NCBI GenBank assembly: GCA_047495785.1
Contig: JBLDXI010000023.1
Span: forward strand, 186,001 to 250,000
Source of the DNA: Lepidodermella squamata
Lineage: Eukaryota > Animalia > Gastrotricha
Reading direction: 5' to 3'
DNA: 64,000 nucleotides
The translations under genes and the position numbers were made by a program. The notes beneath the pieces were generated by a model, which saw only the letters and a program-made list of their open reading frames with translations, did not search any database and was not told the DNA's origin. Shown one piece after another: positions 23,501-33,700 of the stretch. Numbering within the stretch: the first letter of the stretch is position 1; each line of letters begins with the position of its first letter.

Positions 23501-25496
23501 TCCGCTGAAGCTCACCTCCCCAATCCCTCTTAATCTTGGTTTATGCAGATTTATGGCACCCTGAAACGATTTTAAATTTTTGCCTTTTTTGACTTTCAGC
23601 AACGGTGGCTCCCTAACGGTGAGGAATTGATGAGATTTTGTGACCTTACTGAAATGGGTTCTGACTGTTTATGGTCAACATTTTAGCCCATAGAATCTCA
23701 TGGTTATGGAATGCCAGGCGTTCGAAAAAAGTGGAAATTTTTTATGCAGAATTAGGTTACCTTACCCTAGTTTTCTTGAGAGCTTGAGCAACTTGTCGAG
23801 GAAGCTTTAATGATGTTCATTTAACCGTTAATGAAAAACGAACCGTCAAGCGGGGGTCTTCGGCAGCGTCGACTGAGTATGTCCAAGGAGCACCTGATGC
23901 ACCTGATCCAAAACCGACGGATGCGATCGATGGCTCTTTTGCGAAGTTTGAAGTACTTTTCGGGAAAAAAAACAAAAAAGCTTTTTAATCTGTCATTCCT
24001 TTGCAACATTGGCGCATAGTTGTAAAAGCAGAATACAGGTGGGCGAGGATCATTCTTCGCCTGCCTTCGCCCTATTTAAAACCGGAAACGGTATACGATG
24101 TTGAGTCCCGAAGAGGAAAAATAAAAGCATTATTATATTCACCCCGTCGATAGAGGATATAGCTATGGTTGTTACTATCTACACACTTTAGCCTACTTGA
24201 TCTACCATAATTATGCCCGATTTTCGTAAAATTCCACATTCAGGTTACAGAATATAGAAAATTATTCGTATCCTACGAATATAGTCGACCATTTTCGCCT
24301 GATGGATGCACATAGGGTCGCGTAAAAATTCGTTATTAGTAACAAAATCGATCTTAAAGGAATCGATCCATATATATTTCAATCATAAAAACAAAAATAA
24401 TATTTTACAGCGTGTCCCATAAGTAACGCTAGCAAAGAAAATATAAAATAAAAAAGGTTCAGAAACTCTAAAATGAGAGGCGAAGTCCAGAAAACTGTTA
24501 GAAAAATTCAAAAAATCACGAGATTAGTAATCAAGTATGTCACTGGTCAATGGGATTAAAAAATCCGGAGAAATTTGGTCCAACCGGGTAAAATACCGAA
24601 AATTACCGAACCAGTTACCATCGGGGTTTTCCGGGTTTTCTCCGGTAACTTTTTTGTTTCTTCGGTTAAATCGCGGATGAAAGATGGAATTTTCTTCCAA
24701 AAAGTTTTATTTAAATAATTAGTCGAATTTTTCTAAAAAAGTTGCAAAATTAACAAATAGTTGCGCAACTTCTGGGACACGCTGTATAATCATAAGGCAA
24801 CCTGATTGTTAAATTAGGCAGTCCATATTTTTTTATAAATGTTTATCTCTCAGTGTGAATACGGCTTCCACATTGATTCGAGTGATTTTTTCCCATCTAA
24901 ATCCATCGACATCACACAGCAAAAACCAGCTAGTTTTTCGCAGTGGCTGATGGTGTCGAGAGTTTTAGTACGCAAGAAAAACACATCACATGCATCAATA
25001 TCCAGCCATATTCTTCACTTTGTGCCTACCAAAAAAGTATACCGCGCAAGCAAATGAAAAATCTCCACGCACTTATTGTTAAACTTACAAAGAAGCACCA
25101 AAAACGACAAGTCCAGGTTGGCCATACGGGACAAATCCGTAAGTCGATCTCAAACAGGTAACGCTTTCTAACATTCCTAGCGTGACATTGAATAATTCAA
25201 TAGCTATTGGGCCTGAAAGGAAAACATTAAATATATCAACCAGAATTATCAAGAATTAGCCAACCTGGAAGATATACGTAGGGTTTCGCAAATACCCATG
25301 CTTGACTGAAGTCGCCAATCCAAACATTGAATGGATTTGGCAGCGGTTTCGACTCCACCATTTGTAGGGTTGGCTCAGCATCCGGGTCATCATCAACCAC
25401 CGGCGCCGAGGAGTTATTTAAAGTCTGGTACGTCAATTGCCCAGTTAGGCATCTCGCTGCCATCAGAACAGCCAATAAACTTGGCAGGTGACGCAT
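20570..25496 (-). CDS. Secreted astacin-like pseudo-metalloprotease with EGF, CUB, kringle-like and Cys-rich C-terminal modules; more than 10 exons, 3' end uncertain
   Basis: Exons 25265-25496 (signal peptide), 25089-25212 (LESVTCLR), 23844-23955 (SIASVG), 23516-23560, about 23252-23362 (YAVGLRYEIVRPDRDLFV) and about 22988-23191 (PYDYD..LGQQ..DIFKLNQFYDC) splice in frame. These are followed by EGF (CNNGGFPDP..CRCPRGFGGPAC), CUB (CGG..ITSPGFP..CSWLV) and kringle (YEG..CAAW..NACRN..CYT) modules. Confidence 0.8.
24136..24266. repeat. About 130-bp dispersed repeat; direct copy at 28341-28476
   Basis: TATTCACCCCG..GATAGAGG..GCTATGGTTG..CTACACACT.TAGCCTA..TTTTCGTAAAA..CAGGTTACAGAATATAGAAAATTATT is present in both copies. 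Confidence 0.85.
24408..24784. mobile_element. Tc1/mariner-type MITE in an astacin intron
   Basis: TIRs CAGCGTGTCCCATAAGT and ACTTCTGGGACACGCTG (16 of 17 positions match), flanked by TA on both sides; non-coding interior. Confidence 0.85.
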
Positions 25497-26635
25497 AACA
25501 CTGTTGTTAATATCGAACTCTATACGCAGAAAACAGCAGAAAACGCAGAAAAGCTATTATTAGATAGGAGAGGCAGGATTGGTCAATAAGCATTTATCTC
25601 ACCTATCACCCGTACACCCGAACGAGAGCCGGCAAAATCAGAGGCATATGATCGCAATAATCAGAGCTTAGCAGTCAAAGTACATATTTCTATGCTATAC
25701 TTATTATGAGTAAAGAGTTCAGATATAAACGATTTACGAATGCTATGCCGTAAAATATCGAAAAATCGAATAAAATATCTATATTTATCTATATATAGAT
25801 CTATATTTAGTAAAGTACGAATATCAAAAAGCGCGTACTTGCCGTACTGCCCGAAAATTTAATTAGCCTCGTTTAAAAGTCGGCCTGAAATACCGTATTT
25901 CTCGAAAATATCCCACACCCCCATAAAACTTACCGTTTGATCATAAATATACCGCACCTCGAAATTCTACCTCATGTTATTTAAAAAATCAGAGCGCAGT
26001 ATCAATTTACTATGATAACAAAATAAGCACCTCATCAGGCTGTTGCTTGGGCTATCGGCTATAAGACTATCGGCCGTAACTCTATTTTTAGGCATGAAGG
26101 GCGAAGTGCTGGGAGAGGATCATTTTGAATGTTACAGTCGATTCTTAACGAAATTATTCAATGTTACTGATTTCGTGGCTGATATCGTGTTCCGATCGTT
26201 TAGAACTAAAACCAACCGATAAAACTTCAAGTTTATTTTGGTGGCGTGAATCATAATTATTGCAGATGACGCCGTGATTCATCAGGCGATTTTTTGCACA
26301 AAGCTAGAAAAAGCAATAATAATCACTGCGCGGAAACGTGCTTCTTTCAGAATTTTTCTACCAAAAACCATTCCCTGGCCGGAAATTCCGGCTTGACAAG
26401 CATTGAGTTGAAGGTGAGATCTACATGTCCTATTTTTTTCGAGAAAATCGAAGGGGTGTGTTTTGAAATAAATTGAGCTGAAGTAGCCACCCACAGTCAC
26501 TTGTCACTTGCGTTGATTATGCCGTATTTTTTATAGTGAGGTTGACAAGTGATTTTCAGGTCACGCGACCAGAAAGCAAAAACTCTTGATGAATCATTTC
26601 GGCACACATAAATGTACTAGCGTGTCAGATCTATG

Positions 26636-26873
26636 CTTGTTGACGTGAATGATGGCCATTATTTTTTGCGTCTTCTTCGTCGTCGTATTCCACTTCTTTG
26701 GTAATGATAGTAATGAATGGATTTTATTGCTTTTGGCGTTGATCAGTAGCAAAAAATACTTTTATTGATCAGCCAAAAGCAATAAAATCCATTCATTACT
26801 ATCATTACCAAAGAAGTGGAATACGACGACGAAGAAGACGCAAAAAATAATGGCCATCATTCACGTCAACAAG
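26636..26873. repeat. Perfect foldback: 102-bp arms, 34-nt spacer
   Basis: 26636-26737 is the reverse complement of 26772-26873. The spacer can partly pair (TGATCAGTA/TATTGATCA). Confidence 0.95.
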
Positions 26874-27256
26874 TTCATGCTAAAATAGATTGGCAAACGC
26901 CAATGGTGCCGTGGCAAATTGCTTCGGGGAAAGGTGCAAATTGTGAAATGGCTAAAATAAATTCTAATTCTACTTCTTCGTCATCATCATATCTTACTTG
27001 GCTTGAAAAAGGGGTTTTTTTATAACAGAAAATTCGCTATGTATTGAGTCGAGAAGGGTTCGAAATACTATATGTCAGGTCTAACATTAACGCCGGTCCA
27101 AAATATTAGACGGGGTTTTGACTTGGTTTGAAAAAAATAAAGGACAGGACCTACAATTCGGGCAGTATGGTATTTAAGTTTGCATATAACGACCCATTAT
27201 TAAATTGCCACCTAAGGGCTACAGATTGATTTATCGAATTGAAAATTCAATAAATA

Positions 27257-27640
27257 CCGTTATAAGCAAATACTGGCCCACGCTCATTTAGTAACCCGGG
27301 TTAAAGCTTAAGGGTTACGCCGCACAGTGCTATATCGACTCCGAGGCCGCACTAAAGTGCGGGTGTGGAGCTAAACAAATACGTTATTTGTCGTAAAAAT
27401 CCGTACACGAAGACGTCACATTGAGCCTTTCCGTCGCTTGCGCTCGAAGTTGCAAAGCATTTTTGATGAAAATTTTGGTGATTTGATGGGTTGACAAGCA
27501 AAGTCATTGGAAATTTCAGAAGCTCTAGTTGTATAACCCCACCCCAAATAGAAGCCCACCCTCGAATAGAAGCCTAGTTTTGGGTGATTTTCGGCCTTCC
27601 AACTTTGCATAAGCCCGGGTTAGTATTTGCAGCAGTACGG
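27257..27640. mobile_element. Degenerate TA-flanked TIR element (pogo/Tc1-like MITE)
   Basis: Ends TA|CCGT..GCAAATACT and AGTATTTGC..ACGG|TA, with internal AAGCCC/AATAGAAGCC subterminal repeats. Confidence 0.55.
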
Positions 27641-28120
27641 TATTCATGTTTTGATGAGAAGAAAATTTCTGGTGTTTTCATCGCATTGAATGTTTAACGC
27701 GTGGGGTCCGTTTTTATGTTACGAAACGGACCACGAGCCGTTTCGCACGTGACAAAATCCGAGGCGCAATGTTTTCACGTCAATTTCCAGTCCACGTGTT
27801 CACCCATTATATTGAAATTGCGTGTGAAAATAATTGTCTGCTATCAATACTAGTTGAAGCCGGGCCGTTTGGGGTTAGCTCGATCAGAAAGTGTGGAGTT
27901 AGTAGTCCGGCTAGACAACTTTCACTGTAAGGGTTGCACACCGGCGTGTTATGTTAAAATTTTAAAACGCTTTGTAACGCTTTGGCATTAAGCATTGAAA
28001 TAATGAATGTCGTCATGTAACGTAGATGTTGACGGACGCAAGACTACCCCGATGTTTTGCCTGAAAACATCGTCAAAAAGATGATGAGCCAAACACATTT
28101 TTCACAAATCGCAAATTTTT

Positions 28121-28200
28121 GTGCGAGCAGTGAGGGTTGAACCAGCGACCTTTCGATCAGCATTGGCAAAGCTTAACTAATAAGCTAAGCCGCCGCTCAC
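28121..28200 (-). other. Degenerate tRNA-derived (SINE-head-like) sequence
   Basis: The minus strand reads TTAGCTTATTAGTTAAGC (A-box-like)...AAGGTCGCTGGTTCAACCC (B-box-like); it does not form a clean cloverleaf. Confidence 0.45.
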
Positions 28201-29224
28201 AATTTATGTTAATAAAAAGTTGTTTTTATGTATGATTTTTACAAAAAGCAATCAATAAATTGGTGGCAGCATATGCAAACAAGTCGATAGGATGAAAAGC
28301 TAGTGATAAATGAGAGTAGGCAATTTTTTTCGCGAACCAATATTCACCCCGATAGAGGCTATGGTTGCTGTCGTTAATAACTACACACTATAGCCTAGCT
28401 GGTATACCATAAGACGTAATTATGCCCAATTTTCGTAAAAATACCACGTTCAGGTTACAGAATATAGAAAATTATTTTGAACAATTTTGTAGGTATTGAT
28501 CGAACCGCGGGGCTTCCAGGCCTAAATCAGGTGTCAAAATGATCGTTTCTACCCGGCGAACAAAATGGCTTCAAAAGGTTGCTAGATGCAATGGTGGGCC
28601 GCCTCACTAGGGCAAGGTCGAAAGTGGACGTTGACTTCTAGGTCGCCTATCGACCACTTCTAAAAATGCTAATGGGACAAATTTGGTATCGAAAAAGCCA
28701 GACCCAGGAACCAGCAATTTGTGAGTTCGATCGTTTTGAAATTATTGCAGTTTTGTACTCCAGGACAATGCGTTAATCCCATGCAATGTGGCGCCCATGG
28801 CGTTGTATGGTTTTGGTCAACGTGTGAGTGATCAGTGATCACTCAATTATCTTCAAGTATTGGTGTATTTACTTGCTTTTGCACGCTGCTTTTTATGAAT
28901 GGTTACGCAAAAAAAACCATCATTTTGTTGTTTTTGTTTTTATTGCTCTTTCATCGCCGTAAACAATATAGTGCCATTCGTTGGTTTGTTTTGTGCAAAA
29001 TAAGGCCCTATTCCGGATAACGCTGTCTAATAATACTATATTCAAACGAAAAGTCACGATGGTCATGATAGATTCCTTTATCTCACTTACCTTACCTGAG
29101 ATTGTGCTTTACGCCTAGCGGCTTGGGGTTTTAATTTCACAAATACTTGGCATTTTTGCAACCATCTGAAAATAAATTGTGGCTAGGTAGTCTGATAATA
29201 ATTATAGTTTTTTTTAAACGACGT

Positions 29225-31237
29225 ATGCCTCTCGCAGTCTGTAACCGTGATGAAGCTCTGCATCGTCAAAAGAGCCTCTACAAAGACGTTGGCCGCAGTC
29301 AGTTCAACAAAACTCGCATTATTCAACAACCTGAAACCGAAGCTTCCCTCCTGCCAGTAATCGAACTCAGCCGCGAGAATCTCGTTTCTTTAAGCGATGT
29401 CGCGAATCTGCAAGAAACTGTTGTAAAGGAGACGGTGCAACTAGGCCAGTCTTTCATTTTGAAGAACAAATTCCTGCTATGCCGGTCGATCGCTCCGATG
29501 GGCAGGACGCCAGTGGGAGTCGGAAGTATTGCCATAGACGACCCTGAAGGCAAACTAGGCACGCAGATTCGTCTGCAAAATTTCGGCGTGACATTGCCGG
29601 CTGGTTCGAATTTTCCGATTTCATCAAGTCTCGACGCAGTGCCCATCGGATCTGTTATAGCCCTGATGCATCCAACTTTACGCTGCATGAGTGTCGAAAT
29701 CGGAGTTTCGTCACTTCACTGCCAGAATCCAGCCCATTTCGTCATCTTGGGCCCGGAACATGCCTTGGTGAAGGAGACGAAATTCAAAGCTGATCTTCCT
29801 TATCCAAGCGAAGTTCCTGATTATTCGCACCTTGATTTGAACAAAGCCGGAGTTCAATATCATCTGAACAAAAATTTCACAATGGCTGTCGAATGTTTTA
29901 GTCAAGCCATTGATAAGCAACTTGGAGACACAAGGATTGCACTCGGAAATCGATCGGCTGCTTATTTGGCCATGGGTCGGCCTGATATGTCGCTGAGAGA
30001 CGCCGAGCGAGGTCTTGAGATCGATCCGAATTCATCTAAAATGCTGCTACGAAAGGCCAAGGCGCTGTTTCATCTGAAGAAATACGACGAATGCTCGGCG
30101 TTTATCGAAGAACATCCGATCACGGAAAATCTGCCGGATTACGATTTGCTGAGAACGACTGTTAAAGCAGGGATTGAAGAAACGAAAGGCAGCTACGACT
30201 TCGCGAATTTGCGGAAGGAAGTCCGACTCGGCGCAGTTTACCTCGAGAATCACGCCGAATTTGCCGCGGAAAGTTTGCTGGAACATCGTGATTTACAAAT
30301 TTTTGCGAAGAAAGACATCGAACCGGGTCAACTTTTGGCAGCCTATCATGCTCTTGCCTTCTACCCTTCAGCCCAACGGGACCAAAGTGGTCATGAGCTG
30401 TGCACGATGATCTGCGCTCAGGCTTCGCAAAACCCCGAGCAAGTCAAATCGGAATTGCTGAAACTAGGTGGTTTAGTCGATCTGGTCCCAAAATGTGATG
30501 GAAGCAGCTCTGATGTCAAGAATTTGCTCCAGCTGATTCGGTCGAATTTGTTCGTTGTAACCAGGGGTGAAGCTGGTCATGAAACTGAACCGATTGGCTC
30601 AGCTGTCTGGCCAGCGACTTCTTTGATTGGAAATTCGTGCGTCGACGCGAATTGCTCGCTGTCTCGAATCGGTTCTGTCTGCTTTGTCCGAGCGTGCCGT
30701 GAGATCAAGGCAGGGGACCAATTGACAACATGCCGCTTCCCGCCAAGCATTGCGTCGTTCGATCAACGACAGGAGCATTTCAAACAGCAAAATTCGTCAT
30801 GCAAATGCCGTTTGTGTGAGCTTGAAAAGAACGATACAGATGAGATGAAGGCTAAAATCAAAGAGCTAGCGCAAACGTTTCTTCAAAGCGATTTGACCTC
30901 GCGATCTGATATCGAGCAAGTTATCAAAGTCGAGCTTCCTGCTGCGATTTCTGAGGCTGAAAATCTGCGTGGTGAAGAAAATTCTAATCTTTGCATGATT
31001 GCTTATCAATTGAAACTGATTCTGGCGCGTTTGAAAGGCCGAGCCGGGCAGCTTGCCGAAGCTGCTGAGATTCTGGAACAACTGGCTGCTGGTTATCAGA
31101 ATCTGGGTTTGTTGGGCGAAGAGTACATGTGTTGCGAATGGCTTCAACCGATTTGGCTCGAAGTTGGCGAAAAAGTCAAATCGGAAACATGGGCAGATCG
31201 CCAGAAAGAACTCGATAAACTCATCAATAATGCTTAA
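29225..31237 (+). CDS. Intronless TPR + SET-domain (SMYD-like) protein with degenerate SET motifs
   Basis: TPR motifs (AVECFSQAI, NRSAAYLAMG..LRDAERGLEIDP, KAKALFHLKKYDE); SET start IFAKKDIEPGQLL; SAVWPATSLIGNSCVDANC; VRACREIKAGDQL; post-SET CKCRLC. AATAAA lies just after the stop. Confidence 0.85.
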   Translation: MPLAVCNRDEALHRQKSLYKDVGRSQFNKTRIIQQPETEASLLPVIELSRENLVSLSDVANLQETVVKETVQLGQSFILKNKFLLCRSIAPMGRTPVGVGSIAIDDPEGKLGTQIRLQNFGVTLPAGSNFPISSSLDAVPIGSVIALMHPTLRCMSVEIGVSSLHCQNPAHFVILGPEHALVKETKFKADLPYPSEVPDYSHLDLNKAGVQYHLNKNFTMAVECFSQAIDKQLGDTRIALGNRSAAYLAMGRPDMSLRDAERGLEIDPNSSKMLLRKAKALFHLKKYDECSAFIEEHPITENLPDYDLLRTTVKAGIEETKGSYDFANLRKEVRLGAVYLENHAEFAAESLLEHRDLQIFAKKDIEPGQLLAAYHALAFYPSAQRDQSGHELCTMICAQASQNPEQVKSELLKLGGLVDLVPKCDGSSSDVKNLLQLIRSNLFVVTRGEAGHETEPIGSAVWPATSLIGNSCVDANCSLSRIGSVCFVRACREIKAGDQLTTCRFPPSIASFDQRQEHFKQQNSSCKCRLCELEKNDTDEMKAKIKELAQTFLQSDLTSRSDIEQVIKVELPAAISEAENLRGEENSNLCMIAYQLKLILARLKGRAGQLAEAAEILEQLAAGYQNLGLLGEEYMCCEWLQPIWLEVGEKVKSETWADRQKELDKLINNA

Positions 31238-31569
31238 ATTGAATAAAACTGACCAATTCTGCTCAACCGATTTCTTTATTGCCAGAAGCAGGCCGTGTAA
31301 TTCATTTGCAAAATTATGTTCCTCACCGGCCAGTTGCCACGAGGCACACTTAGAGGTCGCAGTGTGCCAATGACAGAATTGAATAAATATATATTAACAT
31401 GAGATCACATTCATTATAAAGGCAAGGCCAGATATACGAGCTCATCATTATCGAATAATTGGTAAGTATTCGCAACCATATCAGAAGTTTCAAAGCCAAT
31501 ATTGCCAGATAAGACATCATTGCCAGAAAAATATGAGATCAGCATAAGAATGAATAGTAAAGCAAGTCA

Positions 31570-32956
31570 TTAGAAAGAAACAGGAGTGAATAAATAAAAT
31601 TGGATTCCAGTTGGCATCACAGTAAAAGTTATTGGATCGTTGACGCCTTTTATTCCAATACTCAGCTCGTCAAAAACTTCGATGCCGGCGAACTTCTTTG
31701 AATCAGGCTCAACAATGCCAAGGTCAGCTAAAGATTTGACCACAGTGAAAGACTTATCACATGCGGCTAGATTGACAGCCGCAACGGCATATTTACCATT
31801 CGAAAGTTTTCTCATCCAGACTGAAGAGTCACGATGCTGAAAAAATATCTGAAAATTCTGAGAATCTGATATTATCTGATATAACTCACTCTGTAAGCAG
31901 GAAACCCTGACAGGCCGAGCGGATCCTGATCGATTGAAATCAGCAGTTTGTTTTGCAGAATTTTCCTCGATTCTTCATCGAGCTGCCTCAAATCATTTGA
32001 CATGAAGAGAGGGGCGGCAAACATGGCCCACATGCCCATTTGCAAACGTTCCTGAACGTGATTCAGTCCATGATTGCCAATGACTAGTACGCCTGGGTGA
32101 TTGAAGCTGCCTGGGCCCGCAATTTGGAGAAAATGGTCATGATTTCGATAGTAATAAGTGACGATTGATTTTATGCTTTCGTAAGAATTTTCGACATCGT
32201 AGTAATTGCGAAGCAAATTGCAAGTAGCCGCAACTGCACTATAATTCCTCTATAACAAGAATAAGTAGAAACGAGATCATAAATTCTGCTCACAGCTTAC
32301 CGCCATATTAAACCAAAACTCTTCATACGGCCATTTGCAGGAATAAACAATAGGCCGTCCAGTTTTGTTCAAATATTGCCCAAACTCCGGGTATTTCAAC
32401 TTTTCAGGCTTGAGATCAGTGTTGCATGCCTCTAATTTAACCGAATCGACGCCCCATGAAGCAAAAGTTTGAGCGTCAATTTCAAGGTAACCACCTGATC
32501 CCGGATGCTCATGGCAAGAATTTGAGCCGATATTTGCATTAATACCGAGTTTGAGGCCCCTGATGTAGGGGAAAACGTTAATTGAGCTGGAATTACTATC
32601 TCCGATGCAAACCTTTCATGCAGGTAATCCGAGAGCCAATTTATTCCGTGGGGAAAGCGATTGCGATCAGCAACAAGTTGTTTAGTGATGTTATCGCGGC
32701 TCAATTCAGCCCAACAGTTATCAATATTCACAAGGTTGTACCCTAAATCTCGCCAGCCATCCGATACCATGCGATCGGCCATCGCTATGTAAAGTCGTTC
32801 GCTTATGCAGTTATCAGGGAAAATAGTGCAATCCGTGGTGCAGCCAAATCCGACTGAGTCCCATCCCATTGGAGGGGTTCTGGCAACTCCATTATCTAGG
32901 CTATAGACTGATGGCGGCAGGAAAAGTGAAAGATAAATGACCTTCCAGGTAATCAT
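31570..32956 (-). CDS. GH27 alpha-galactosidase/alpha-N-acetylgalactosaminidase-like protein with a divergent active site; 4 exons
   Basis: Exons 32613-32956, 32301-32559, 31890-32249 and 31570-31836. Signal peptide then LDNGVARTPPMGW; CISERLY..MAD; RFPHGI; DAQTFASWGVD; GRPIVYSC; QMGMWAMFAAPLFMSNDLR; IDQDPLG. Confidence 0.9.
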
Positions 32957-33700
32957 TCTTTCACTCTTCAAGTTCCTTCGTAGATGCAATCTTGACTATG
33001 AGCAACAGACGATAATAACAAATATTACGTTACGTAAGATGACGTAAGATGACTGCCCAGGTATGCAGGATGACTGCTACTGCGGGAAGTGAACTCTTTT
33101 AAACTCAACAGATTCTCGCTGAGTAGCTAAGACTGAGCGTCTATAGTAACAAAAAATTAGATTTCACGTATATAAACTATAGAAAATATGCATAAAATGC
33201 ATTTTTTTGATAAATTGTTTTTTCATCTGCAGTAGAATAGAAAATTCCTAAAATTATGTTTTATGAGGGGCGGCAATTTTACCGAGATTCTTGGGGGCTA
33301 AACCGCTCCACTTAACGCCTCTCGGCTTTCTCGGCGTATCTGAACCAGGTAATTCATGCTGAAAGTGCAATTGTAAACGGTGTGTTTATTCACATGCAAA
33401 AAATGCGCGCAGTTATGTGTCACACGGTGCCTGTGGTGGCTACATTTGGCTTCGCGCCCACTTTCCGAACTTTGTACTCAAGTTTGCTACTATTTTTACC
33501 ACTCACCTCTCTCATCGTTTTAATTGGCAGCCAATTGAGTCTAGCGTTCAAAAGTCTCTGCATATCTTTTGTCTGAAGTCAATCTTGCCAGTTCTCGCTG
33601 TGAACCCTTTGCAATTTGTTACTGATCACTTCCTCATTTTGTTTTACAGAGAATGTAGTGATTGCTTACAAGTAAAGTTGTTTTATTCATAATACTTATT

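Noticed and set aside
33025-33053. TACGTAAGATGACGTAAGATGAC CRE-like repeats in the head-to-head GH27/WNK gap
   Set aside because: Plausible bZIP sites, but too short to support a call without functional data.
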